This document shows, one piece after another, positions 37,284 through 47,556 of a stretch of 61,316 bases of DNA. Each line of letters begins with the position of its first letter. The stretch's first letter is position 1. The DNA lies in the IMG/VR virus record IMGVR_UViG_3300023109_000024, positions 1 through 61,316 of that record, one strand, 5' to 3'. Made by a program: the position numbers and the translations under genes. Under the pieces are notes generated by a model, which saw nothing but the letters and a program-made list of their open reading frames with translations, was not told where the DNA came from and did no database searches. This DNA is from a virus. Taxonomy: Duplodnaviria > Caudoviricetes.

Positions 37284-40200
37284 TTAACCTATCGAGATGT
37301 TTTTCGTAGCGCCTCTTGTGGAGCCAAAGGGATTTGAATTAATATCCCATACCCAAGAACGCCCGCCAACATACGAACTAGATGTAAATGCTTTGGCATC
37401 AGATCTCCTAAAGGTGGATCCACCTATTTGCAGAGTCTCCCACCCGCCGTTGTATTCATAATTAGACATGCCCCAGACAGTAAAATTCAGTTCTCTATTG
37501 CTGCCGTCAGAATATCCTGTCGCCTTTAAAACAGCTATAGTACCTCGGTCGCCGTCAATAACTATATCTGTTCCGTTTGAAAGCGAACCAAAGGGCGATT
37601 GTACAGTTTTACTAGAACCTGGGAAAGTTGAAAATCCTCCGTATCCTGCTTCAAATTGACCTTGGGTCGCATAAGAGAATTTGTGTGTATTATACCCGAC
37701 AGTCATTACTGCTGAGAAGATGTCAGTTTGCCCAGCGATAACAATACGTCCATGAGTTTTGTCTTCCGGCACACTCGATGCACCTCCATCAGTAAGAAGA
37801 TGTTCTTCTTTATTAACGTCAATCGCAAAACCGCCCATGCCGCCGTATGCTTTATAACTGGTAGCAGTGCCACCATTAGGTCCTGACCAGTGAATCCCAT
37901 CAGCATCGCCGCCTCTTGCTCCGAAGTCGCCGCCTCCTCCGCCACCACCATAAATTGTCTGGTAAGTTCGTCTTAGATCACCTGCAGCCGATGTGCCTGG
38001 GAAAGTCGGCGGCGCTAAAAGTGAATACCCAATCCCTGAATCTCCGCCATTTGGTGATTTGGTACACCCTCCATACCCGCCAATACTTAAATCGGTATAA
38101 CTAGCATGCATTCTACGTTCGCCATTGCCATTTGACGGAATTGCTGTTGGGTAAGACAAATTAGTTGAACTAGGATTGCCTCTTACTGATCCGTTTGCGC
38201 CAGAACCTACAGTTACCCCGCTGACTTGGTCAGAATTAGGAGGCGGCCAACCGTTGCTAATGGTGGTGCTCCCATTAGGGAAAAACATCCTAACTATTCC
38301 CTGATCAAATTTCTTAACTGGATAGTATAAATATTTGTGTACATCACCGCTAGAGGTTGTGCCATTACTTTTAGTGAATCCGCCGCCGTGATAATAAGGT
38401 GGATTAGGGGGGTTTGCAGTACCTGCCCGAAACCCAGTGAAATCATCATAGTTACTTTGATTCGGTTGCATTTCTGGGGAACCATCATCTGTGTAATCTA
38501 CACGCTCATACCATATCCATGAACGAGTCACCTCAGCATCTTGTAATTGTCTTGTCCCAGTAAAAGTCTGCGCTAAGCGCATTCCGTACTTATATGCGCT
38601 TTTGCCGTAATTGTCTTGCGCTTCCAACCCAATAGCCTTTAGGTTTCTAATAGGGTAGGCGTAATCAGAATATATTATTTTGCTGTCTTCAACAATACAG
38701 TAATATCCTCCGTTAGTGCCGTCAATGTGTTCAATAATCCATCCATTGGTGAACCCTTCTGGCAAATCATCCACAAATTCTGGGGGTTCTCTAGTAAAGA
38801 AGTCGTTTAATTCGTGAATATAATCCGGCTTTGTGTAAGGTAGGTTTACTCCATGCCATTGAGGATTTGTTTTCGAAATCATTGAGCCGCCAGCGCCACC
38901 TCCGCCATTGGTTTGGCGAGCTCGCACTACACTATTTATTTCTTCATAACCTGTAGTGGTTGCTCTAGCTGCATTACTTGACTTTGCAACCCTGCCTGCG
39001 GCGTAGCCAGGAGTCCTAGTAGAGTAATTACTCTCTCTGTCTCCCCATATGAGGTCGGCCTCAACAAACCGATCAACCAAACTCTGACCTGTTTCTAATC
39101 TATCCCAATATTTTAAATTTTCAGTATTGCGGAAGGGGTACCACTTTACATGATTTGTTACCCCGTCAGGCCCTTTATTAGGGTCATTGGTGATGTTGGC
39201 ATTGTACTTATATGCAGATTTGGACCACTCCTCTACACTAAATCTTGCTGAACCACCTAAACTTCTTCCTGCACCGCCACCGCCGCCAGCACCGACATCT
39301 TTGCCGTCTGGGTATCTATAATAACCTGCGGCACCGCCGCCACCGCCGCCGCAAATAGCATAATCTGAGTCACTGGTGACATTAAGCCTAAACTTTCCGT
39401 CATGATTAACTCTTAATCCAGTTGACCCGTTTTTGCCGTTTCTTTGATCGCTGGCACCGTCATACTGCGCATCTCCTCCATCGCCACCGCCGCCGACAAT
39501 TCTTCCCCCTAAATTTAAAAGTATGCTGATACGAGAAGGTATTCCGTCAATATCAAATGCTGGGCGATTGCTATCCGGACTATACACTACAGTACCTTTC
39601 GGAATAAAAAATTCAATTTGATTCACTTCATCTGGTTTATCTTGATAAATGCCGCTTATCTGTAATAAATCCTTTGCGGTAACTAGCGGAATAAAATTAG
39701 TTTTTCCGACCTGACTTCCGGGTTCATCTAGTAGAAAATCGTTATCATTATGATCCATATTAGATACTGTGCGATCTTTTGTTACGGTGATGTACAGTTT
39801 TCCTATTGAAGCGTCAAAAGAGTAGCCGGGTGTTGACTCCTTTGTTGTGCCGTAAAGATCAGAGAATGAAATAGATTGTCCTGACTGCGGCACAAATGAA
39901 TTTTCCGCTATACGAGTTTTTACTCTGTATTTGCCAGTTGTCGCATTTCCAGTTCCTTCAACATGAACAGTATCGACAAATGCCTCTCTTTCCGTTGTTC
40001 CATCAGTGATAACACCCGACCCACCAGGTTGGGCGTTGATTACACCATAGTCAAGAATAGGACCGTTCTCAACAGGTTCAGCTCTTACAATCATTTTATT
40101 ATTCGGGTCGCTAGGATCTTTTAGTGCATAAATACCAGCACTATAATTATTATTGAAACCCCTATCAAAATTAGTTGATCGCATAAAGTTTTCATTACGA

Positions 40201-40319
40201 TAATATTCTCTTAATGAAGGATCTGAATCTCCTCCATGCTCGGTTTTAATCTCGGACATACTAAGGGCACTATCGGCACGGCCGTCGCTGTCTGCATCTC
40301 GATATGTTTTAATAGGCAT
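37284..40319 (-). CDS. Glycine-rich tail-fibre tip adhesin, gp38-like, greatly enlarged
   Basis: N-terminal LSMSEI..E.GG...SLREYY..ISFSDLYG; glycine-rich motifs GRIVGGGGDGG, AICGGGGGGAAG, GAGGGGGAG, GGGGGGGDFGARGG; follows an S74-chaperone fibre gene. Confidence 0.65.
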   Translation of the reverse strand: MPIKTYRDADSDGRADSALSMSEIKTEHGGDSDPSLREYYRNENFMRSTNFDRGFNNNYSAGIYALKDPSDPNNKMIVRAEPVENGPILDYGVINAQPGGSGVITDGTTEREAFVDTVHVEGTGNATTGKYRVKTRIAENSFVPQSGQSISFSDLYGTTKESTPGYSFDASIGKLYITVTKDRTVSNMDHNDNDFLLDEPGSQVGKTNFIPLVTAKDLLQISGIYQDKPDEVNQIEFFIPKGTVVYSPDSNRPAFDIDGIPSRISILLNLGGRIVGGGGDGGDAQYDGASDQRNGKNGSTGLRVNHDGKFRLNVTSDSDYAICGGGGGGAAGYYRYPDGKDVGAGGGGGAGRSLGGSARFSVEEWSKSAYKYNANITNDPNKGPDGVTNHVKWYPFRNTENLKYWDRLETGQSLVDRFVEADLIWGDRESNYSTRTPGYAAGRVAKSSNAARATTTGYEEINSVVRARQTNGGGGAGGSMISKTNPQWHGVNLPYTKPDYIHELNDFFTREPPEFVDDLPEGFTNGWIIEHIDGTNGGYYCIVEDSKIIYSDYAYPIRNLKAIGLEAQDNYGKSAYKYGMRLAQTFTGTRQLQDAEVTRSWIWYERVDYTDDGSPEMQPNQSNYDDFTGFRAGTANPPNPPYYHGGGFTKSNGTTSSGDVHKYLYYPVKKFDQGIVRMFFPNGSTTISNGWPPPNSDQVSGVTVGSGANGSVRGNPSSTNLSYPTAIPSNGNGERRMHASYTDLSIGGYGGCTKSPNGGDSGIGYSLLAPPTFPGTSAAGDLRRTYQTIYGGGGGGGDFGARGGDADGIHWSGPNGGTATSYKAYGGMGGFAIDVNKEEHLLTDGGASSVPEDKTHGRIVIAGQTDIFSAVMTVGYNTHKFSYATQGQFEAGYGGFSTFPGSSKTVQSPFGSLSNGTDIVIDGDRGTIAVLKATGYSDGSNRELNFTVWGMSNYEYNGGWETLQIGGSTFRRSDAKAFTSSSYVGGRSWVWDINSNPFGSTRGATKNISIG

Positions 40320-40330
40320 TAGAGGTTCCT

Positions 40331-41875
40331 TTAATTACCTTTGAGGTCATCAACCTGCTGTTTCAATTCTTTAATTGCTTCAACAAGTAACGCAATTGTG
40401 TTATCATACCTAACTGCCATTTTGCCTTCTTCAGTTTCATACACTGCTTCTGGTAACACTTGTTGTAACTCTTGAGCAATGACACCAGGAACTCGTCCTT
40501 TTTCAGGAGCATCAATATAGTTAAATGTATATCCGCCAATCGAATTAACTTTGTCAAGAGCATTTTCAATAGGTTCGATGTTTTCTTTTAGCGTTCTGTC
40601 TGAAAAACTAGCAAATGCAGTAATGTCACCTGCCGCTGATAGGTTTCCGTTTGTCGTATTAAATTCAAACTTAGTATTGCCACCATGATCCTCAAAATCA
40701 ATTTGATTCAATGCCTTCAACAATATCCTACCTTTTGCTGGTGAATTTCCTTGTCCTGGACCTTGTGACGTTGAATGCTGTCCTGAATATAATATAAGTG
40801 TTGAAAATCCGTTTGTGGTAATGTCTCTTTGAATATGAGATTCCTTCGTTAAATGCGTGGCGCTATTCAAATTACCAAAGGAAATTAGTGTTGAATTATC
40901 TACAGTTAAACCGAATCCGTCAACTACGGTTCGAGAGGCGGCATCAGCAGGATTCTTTTTAATAAATTCAGTGGCAAAGTTTTTCGTGCTAATTGAATTA
41001 ATGTGACCGTGCTTATCAAAACCTAAACTCTGGATGCCCGATGTTCCAGAGTTTGATGAAGAATCTGGGCCAGAAGTATTAGCGCCATCCACTGAAACAT
41101 CATTGTTAGTATGTGAAATTGTACCCGTGTTTTCTATATCATTAAATACGCTACCAGTAATTCCACTTGCTGTTAATCCATCACCTACAGTTATCTGTTC
41201 GATTGATTCAATGTCGCCATTGAAAGTCAATGCTGTTGAAACTGCTGCGCCACCACTAACGGAAAATGAACCCGTCACATCACCAGTAAAGGTTATAGTT
41301 TGTGCGGTTTCAAATGCAGATGCTGTCGTACAGTTACTGGTTATTTGTGCAGGAAGAATTGAATCGTTAATTACAACATTCGTACCCGTCAACTCGCCAG
41401 GAGTATTTCCTGTCGATCTTGTGAACGTAAATATGGCATCATTTTCACCTGTATTGCTTCGACCAAATATTTGAAGAGATGCATGTTCTAAAATACCTGA
41501 ACTGTCAAGATCGACAGGACCTATTGCCCAGGTGTTATTAGCGGCAACACTAGCATCTGTTCCTTTTACAAATTGAAGCGTATTACTTAAACCAGAAGCA
41601 GGAACATATAGTATTTGCTTTTGATTAAACTCGACAACATCGTATTTAAGTTTTAAATTGTCATTAGTGTTTAATGGCGACAATACATTTGTTTTGACAC
41701 CATCAGTTGTGTCATCAGTTCGTATATGTCCTGCCGTAATAATGTCACCAGTGTTTCCTTGACCAGATCCCATAGTAACAACATTACCTAAACCTGTAAT
41801 TATGTCATTGGTTTTTGTCCACCACTGTTGAAATGTATCATTAGTATTAACTTGATTTATATTAGTTATTGCCAT
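40331..41875 (-). CDS. Tail fibre with C-terminal peptidase S74 intramolecular chaperone
   Basis: SDRTLKENIEPIENALDKV..GYTF..GVIAQELQQVLPEAV..VRYDN..ALLVEAIKEL; N-terminal DTFQQWWTKTN baseplate anchor. Confidence 0.88.
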   Translation of the reverse strand: MAITNINQVNTNDTFQQWWTKTNDIITGLGNVVTMGSGQGNTGDIITAGHIRTDDTTDGVKTNVLSPLNTNDNLKLKYDVVEFNQKQILYVPASGLSNTLQFVKGTDASVAANNTWAIGPVDLDSSGILEHASLQIFGRSNTGENDAIFTFTRSTGNTPGELTGTNVVINDSILPAQITSNCTTASAFETAQTITFTGDVTGSFSVSGGAAVSTALTFNGDIESIEQITVGDGLTASGITGSVFNDIENTGTISHTNNDVSVDGANTSGPDSSSNSGTSGIQSLGFDKHGHINSISTKNFATEFIKKNPADAASRTVVDGFGLTVDNSTLISFGNLNSATHLTKESHIQRDITTNGFSTLILYSGQHSTSQGPGQGNSPAKGRILLKALNQIDFEDHGGNTKFEFNTTNGNLSAAGDITAFASFSDRTLKENIEPIENALDKVNSIGGYTFNYIDAPEKGRVPGVIAQELQQVLPEAVYETEEGKMAVRYDNTIALLVEAIKELKQQVDDLKGN

Positions 41876-42062
41876 TTTTCTCTATCTCTTTTATTCTGCA
41901 TTTTAGATTTTCAACACACTGCTCTAATTTATCAACTTTTTCCAACAATTGATTAAATTGCAACTCCTTTTTATTACGCATTTTTGCGGCTTTGTACGAT
42001 GCAACATCATTATTAACTAATGCCGAGGTTTCGGTTCTTGTATAATGATTCTGGCTCATCAT
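41862..42062 (-). CDS. Small coiled-coil protein
   Basis: 66 aa; R...ALVN.D..SY..K motif followed by a heptad pattern; overlaps both neighbours. Confidence 0.65.
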   Translation of the reverse strand: MMSQNHYTRTETSALVNNDVASYKAAKMRNKKELQFNQLLEKVDKLEQCVENLKCRIKEIEKNGNN

Positions 42063-45000
42063 GTCAATGCAATCGCTCTATAGTCATACACATGCGGGAA
42101 CACATTTGTACCTATACTAGATTCCTCATGTTTAAGCACGATCTTAATCTGGAATGCATCAAAGTCAGTTATTGAAGCACTCGTATTAGAAATGAATGCT
42201 GCTTCGTCAAATGAATATTCAAATTCACGAAAATCATTCACATCACCAGAACTCGAATACATATTAGGCGATTCGTTTGTCAATGAAACATAATCTGTAT
42301 ATGCATCAGGATTACTCGGCAGTAAGAATCTTGCTTGTACATCAATCACAGAACCTGCCGGCCTAAATGCAGCAAGTATCACCCTCAAACCTTCAGCAGG
42401 ATGTTCTGGCTGCAACACTACAGGCTTAGATACATATTGCGAAGTGTTGTCACCAACATTTGATAGAACATAGTTATATGTTTGCGCTAAAGCTAAAGCA
42501 TTGTCAACTGTCGGCGATACTAACCTGAAGTCATTGTTGTCTAATGTCACACGGAATCTTAGTCTGTCAACTGTGTTCGTGTTACCGTCATTAATAATAT
42601 TTTGCTTAGACGGAATAAATCTTTGCTCTGCTGATAAATACGTTGATTGGCCAAATGCAATTTGTTGCCCAGAATTCCCATCACCCAAGGCTGAATCATA
42701 TGCTGATGTATGTTTAAATAATTCTAATGAAGTTCTTGTTCTTAGAGTATTTGATTCCATTACCATAGGTTGTATATACGATATAGGAGAGTCATAGATT
42801 GTTTGAATTCTTGCAGTTGCGCCCGATTGCGCACCTGTAATTATATGATCTCCGCCACTTAAGTATTGTGAAGAAGCAGTAGAAGTACTTTCTTTAATCG
42901 AAAGTTTAAGTCCTTCAATTCTGTCAAAGTATGCAACCTTACCACCGATGCCCTGCGTGACTGCACAAGACCCTACAGTAAATTGATTAGGCGGAGCATC
43001 TTGTAATCGAATTGTATGAACAGCAGTTGTGCCGGTACCTACCGTAGAGATCGAATCCACCACACTAACATGGTTGGTTGTCGCCTGAGTAAGTATAAGC
43101 AAACTTCCTGCTGTAATGAACGACTGGAAGTTTGCTGTTTGATCACCGTTCAAGCCAGTAACAGTCAACTTTCGATTTGATAAAATGTCTGCATTAAACT
43201 GAACACCTGCGCCAGGTTGACCTGCTTGAACATATGCAATTTCGTCATTAATGAAACTACCCACTGTGTCAGAGATAGTAAAGAATTCCATATCATTCGG
43301 AACAAGATCAATTGTTGCAGTATTCTTCGAAAATACTTTCTTATAGATATGGAATTTGATATCTTCGTTCTGGTACGATTTCCATGCTCTGTTATTCGTT
43401 GATGTGAACAACATGCCCATACCCCAGTCAGTAGCAACACGAATACTATCGTCAGTAATAAGAGATTCGCCAACTTTTGCGGTATAGATGAAGAAGTCAG
43501 GATCAGTTGCATCCGGTATCAAAACGATAGCATATTCTTTTCCAACTTCAAGTTTGATAGGGTTGTCAAACTCAATCGTTGTTGTGGCAGTAGCATCATC
43601 AGACACATTGATTAAATCCCATTCCATATGTTTAGATGCGAAAGGCAATAATTTTGCAGTCGGGTATCCGTTTTGAACTTCTCGTATCTGTACTGTAATG
43701 CCGTTCTTTCTATCTGCCGGCGACTTGCGTCTAAACCAAACATCAAGTTTGTCAGTAAACATATATGCCGATCCTTCTGCTTGTGCAGGATCAACGAGGA
43801 AGGTTTGTGCCAAAGGATCGAAATGAAGATACTGTGTGATTTCTCTATCAACCAAGAAGATCTCTGATTCAATTTTAATGTCAGGTTGTCGTATATCCAT
43901 ACCAATCGATGTTTTTTCAATTGCAAAACTATATGCATGATATGTTGCTCTGCCGAATGATGTTCCTGCTGAGTCAATACTTTCAAATTGATCAGAATCT
44001 GAAATAATTAAATCTGCATCACCTACAAAGAATGCTCTTTCAGGTAAGTCAAACACGGCAAATAATTTTCCGAACTCATCTGTTTTAACAGCAGTTCCTT
44101 TTGCGCCGGCTCGATAAACATCTTTTGCTTTAATACTTCTTCCGCCATTACCTGATACAATATCACTCTGGTAAACGCCGCCAGGTGAAGTATGATTGTT
44201 TACTGGTTTGCTGTCAAAATAGAAGAAGTGTTGCGTATTAGGTCTCAAACCTGCGCAATAAACTTTGATCGACTTTGAGTTCATATATGGTTTCATTGAG
44301 AAATCAGATATGTATGTCCCTAAATCTAATGACTCGTTGTATGAATTAATAGCTAAACCTTCCTTCAAATAGCTATCTTGATAACTTGTTGTTTGATTGT
44401 ACCCTTTTCTGCTAACCTTTTCTAGCGTCTGACCTGTGAACTGGGTTCCCATATATGTGTCTTGTGTTATGGGCGCTATTTGTTGAATATTCTCTAGTAA
44501 GTCGTTGAACCCAGAAGCCAGATCTATTTCAACATTAACAGCAGGCGCATTGGTCACATCATATCCAGCATCAAACTGTGGCGCAAGTTGCATGTCACCG
44601 TTGAATTTATAGAAATTCGATGCCAGGTTTCTGAATGTTGTTGCATTTTCCTGGAACAACAATGTCTCTCTTTCAGATGAAGATATTGTTGTTATGTCAT
44701 CAAATGTTGTAACATTTGACGTTGTGTCTACTTTCAGATCCACTGGAATTTGTTCCAGAGCAGGTGCTAATATTCTTCTTCCTTTATGAATAGATGCCCT
44801 AAAATCAGCATCAGCTAAATCAGCAACAGTGTGATCCTTGAATTGGTCGACTAATATTCCGTTTTTGAATCTATTATTACCATTTGCATCAGGAATAAAT
44901 TTGTCTCTAGTGTCTTGCTCAAGTATTGATAATGCTAATATTTCAACTGTGTTGTTGACTTTCTTTTCAAGACGCTCAATGTCTCGCATCGTATAGTTGC

Positions 45001-47539
45001 GAGTTGTATTTCTGCTCACCATTATCGCATTAGTGTCTTGCTTAGATATTTCCTTACCAGGAACAAATATGTCAGCGATGCCGAAAACTGTGTTTGTAGA
45101 AACTTTACCAGGTGTGTCTGCGGGTTGCCCTTCAATCAACACAAAACTTTGCGACTTATCAATTGCAACCTTATCAAATCTCGCTAGATAATATTCTTGT
45201 GACGAAGTGATTGTGGTTCGATTGACAATCGAAACAGGCGGCCTGTTCGGATCGAATTGTAATGTCTGTGTGGTTACAGGTGCAGCATTACTTGCAGATG
45301 TGAAGTATTGAGTGGTTGAATCAGCATAAGGTCTAAAGTCATAACAATTCAACAAATTAAATACATCACCATCCTTGGCAGGATGTGCTTTGATTATTTC
45401 AGCAGCATTAGTTACTCCAGAATAGCTATTAGGAGTTATATATCCGCCGTTTACAGTTCTTCGAAGAGCAACAACATTTACTCTGATGGCAGTAACATCT
45501 GCCTCCATAGATTTGCCTTGCTTCATTTGCAAATATGAAATGCCGTAATAGCCGTCTTGTGCATTTTTAACAAGAGCAAATTTGTGTGTTATATCAACCC
45601 ACGTGCCGCCGTCATCATATTCTACTTTATTGAGTTTAACACAGTTAGGGACACCTGCACTACCATAGTTTGTTAATTTATTAAATGTTGTCGATAGCCA
45701 AATAGATTCATCTTCTAATGTGTCGTGCGTGGTTCCTTGTACTCTTGAATCATAGTAAACGCTACGCAATACTTTTCCTGCAGGGAAAGTCGCTTCAATG
45801 TTGTTTGTGCCTTGCAATAGTGTTGCGTTTGTTGCTTCAACATATTCATTAGTTGTAGTTACTGCAAACACGCCGCCAGAAGGTAACCCAATATTAATGA
45901 TAGGCGTCTTTATTATGTTGCCTACGATTACCTGGTTAATTTCAAGTGTCGCATCAATATTAGTTTGTATAGGTTCATCATATGTTGCAATTTCTTTTTT
46001 AGTAAAGGTCACATCAGTCACGCTTTTCATTGCTGAACGACCAGTTTTGAAAATAACAGCACCAGTGTTAGCAGAAACAATATTGCTAATATCGCTTGTT
46101 GCGATAACAGCAGTTTTAGATGACGCTTCAGTTGACCCAATAAATCCTATAGTATTGAATTTGCTTGCAGATACTTTATCAATAGCATACACATAGATTC
46201 TTACTTTGTTTCCGCCTATGGGATCAATACTTCGAATAGAGCATGTTCCGATAGCGTTATCATCTGTTCCTTCTGTATTGCCATCAGCACTGGGATTATA
46301 ATCTGTCGCATATAAATTGTATCTAGTTTTAAAGTTAAAGTTCTCTAAAACAGGTGTACTGCCAGACACATCAATAGTTAACCATGCTCCGTAGTCTGCA
46401 CCTGTTGATTGATTCGACTTTAAATTGGTCACAGTTGAAGGCGTGATTTCTAATCGTTGTCTGCCTACTGTATTTACTTCATTACCAAATGCGTATGCTT
46501 TACCTGGACCTATGACAGCATAAAACTTTCCGTCATCTTCGTCTTTTTCTGTTGTTATCTCGAACCCATCAACAACATAGTTACCTGCTTCGTCAAAGGT
46601 TCGTTTTGCAAGTTCCTGCTTAATAGAATTAAATTGTGTATCACCACGAACAAAGACTGTTTCGCCTCTTTCTATTCTTAATAAAGAAAAGAACTCTGCT
46701 GGGCGTGATGTTGTAGTATAAACTGCTAACTTCGGCCGCAATTTTAATCGATCAGCACCCGGAGCATTTTGATTGTTGAATCCTTGAGCATTATCAAGCA
46801 AAGATACGTCAAGTGACGAATCAACAATTGTTTCTTCGATATTAAAACCGATAGAGATGTTATCAGGATTAGGTGTGTATTTGGATGCAATGAGTAATTG
46901 TGGTTCAACGTAATTGAAGTGGCCGTTCTGATATATGATACCGTCTGTTACGCTTACCGCAAGCGAATTGCCTACGTTATTGACTGTGCCATCTGTTGAA
47001 GTCGATAATGCAACAGTAACCGTAGTAACATCAACTTCAATGCCTGTTGAGTTTGTAACTTGTACAAGATTCAATAGCTCGCCGCCAACAAACTGTTTAA
47101 ACTCTACACCTGTGTTCACATCAGGAGTGTTTGACTTTAAATAATTAAGAAAGAATGTTTTGAGATCCGGTGCATCAGTTTGGAATCCGTTAGCGCCAGC
47201 AAGAACCTTTGCTCTTAGCCCCGAGGTTTGACCCTCAAGCACATAAGTAATATCATCTGTTGATGCATATATTGTTAAATCAGAAATGCCAGATTGATCA
47301 TTGACCTTAACGAATGAAACTTGCTTATCGACAGTAGGGTTTACACCTTCAATAATTGTGCCGTTCTGATACACATTATTACCAAATCTTTCAATTTGAT
47401 TTTGAAGGATTGTTTGCAGTTGAGTCATCTCTCGTGCTTGTACTGCTCGTGCGGGTTTAAACAATACACGAACGTATTGTTTTGTTTCATCGTAGTCATC
47501 ATGATACGGCGCAGTATTTAAATTTGTGTTAATGCCCAT
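42059..47539 (-). CDS. Giant baseplate-associated structural protein (DUF4815/VrlC-like)
   Basis: NLN.APY.DDYD..K.Y.RVLFKP.RAVQARE.TQLQTILQNQIERFG, APGADRLK, RFKNGILVD.F, DPLAQTF, C-terminal D.RAIAL. Confidence 0.85.
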   Translation of the reverse strand: MGINTNLNTAPYHDDYDETKQYVRVLFKPARAVQAREMTQLQTILQNQIERFGNNVYQNGTIIEGVNPTVDKQVSFVKVNDQSGISDLTIYASTDDITYVLEGQTSGLRAKVLAGANGFQTDAPDLKTFFLNYLKSNTPDVNTGVEFKQFVGGELLNLVQVTNSTGIEVDVTTVTVALSTSTDGTVNNVGNSLAVSVTDGIIYQNGHFNYVEPQLLIASKYTPNPDNISIGFNIEETIVDSSLDVSLLDNAQGFNNQNAPGADRLKLRPKLAVYTTTSRPAEFFSLLRIERGETVFVRGDTQFNSIKQELAKRTFDEAGNYVVDGFEITTEKDEDDGKFYAVIGPGKAYAFGNEVNTVGRQRLEITPSTVTNLKSNQSTGADYGAWLTIDVSGSTPVLENFNFKTRYNLYATDYNPSADGNTEGTDDNAIGTCSIRSIDPIGGNKVRIYVYAIDKVSASKFNTIGFIGSTEASSKTAVIATSDISNIVSANTGAVIFKTGRSAMKSVTDVTFTKKEIATYDEPIQTNIDATLEINQVIVGNIIKTPIINIGLPSGGVFAVTTTNEYVEATNATLLQGTNNIEATFPAGKVLRSVYYDSRVQGTTHDTLEDESIWLSTTFNKLTNYGSAGVPNCVKLNKVEYDDGGTWVDITHKFALVKNAQDGYYGISYLQMKQGKSMEADVTAIRVNVVALRRTVNGGYITPNSYSGVTNAAEIIKAHPAKDGDVFNLLNCYDFRPYADSTTQYFTSASNAAPVTTQTLQFDPNRPPVSIVNRTTITSSQEYYLARFDKVAIDKSQSFVLIEGQPADTPGKVSTNTVFGIADIFVPGKEISKQDTNAIMVSRNTTRNYTMRDIERLEKKVNNTVEILALSILEQDTRDKFIPDANGNNRFKNGILVDQFKDHTVADLADADFRASIHKGRRILAPALEQIPVDLKVDTTSNVTTFDDITTISSSERETLLFQENATTFRNLASNFYKFNGDMQLAPQFDAGYDVTNAPAVNVEIDLASGFNDLLENIQQIAPITQDTYMGTQFTGQTLEKVSRKGYNQTTSYQDSYLKEGLAINSYNESLDLGTYISDFSMKPYMNSKSIKVYCAGLRPNTQHFFYFDSKPVNNHTSPGGVYQSDIVSGNGGRSIKAKDVYRAGAKGTAVKTDEFGKLFAVFDLPERAFFVGDADLIISDSDQFESIDSAGTSFGRATYHAYSFAIEKTSIGMDIRQPDIKIESEIFLVDREITQYLHFDPLAQTFLVDPAQAEGSAYMFTDKLDVWFRRKSPADRKNGITVQIREVQNGYPTAKLLPFASKHMEWDLINVSDDATATTTIEFDNPIKLEVGKEYAIVLIPDATDPDFFIYTAKVGESLITDDSIRVATDWGMGMLFTSTNNRAWKSYQNEDIKFHIYKKVFSKNTATIDLVPNDMEFFTISDTVGSFINDEIAYVQAGQPGAGVQFNADILSNRKLTVTGLNGDQTANFQSFITAGSLLILTQATTNHVSVVDSISTVGTGTTAVHTIRLQDAPPNQFTVGSCAVTQGIGGKVAYFDRIEGLKLSIKESTSTASSQYLSGGDHIITGAQSGATARIQTIYDSPISYIQPMVMESNTLRTRTSLELFKHTSAYDSALGDGNSGQQIAFGQSTYLSAEQRFIPSKQNIINDGNTNTVDRLRFRVTLDNNDFRLVSPTVDNALALAQTYNYVLSNVGDNTSQYVSKPVVLQPEHPAEGLRVILAAFRPAGSVIDVQARFLLPSNPDAYTDYVSLTNESPNMYSSSGDVNDFREFEYSFDEAAFISNTSASITDFDAFQIKIVLKHEESSIGTNVFPHVYDYRAIALT

Positions 47540-47556
47540 TTAATTTACTCTTTCCT

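Noticed and set aside
37820-39510. GC-rich (CCG/CCA)n tracts as DNA repeats or contingency loci
   Set aside because: They are explained by polyglycine codons; synonymous codons are mixed and the frame is intact.
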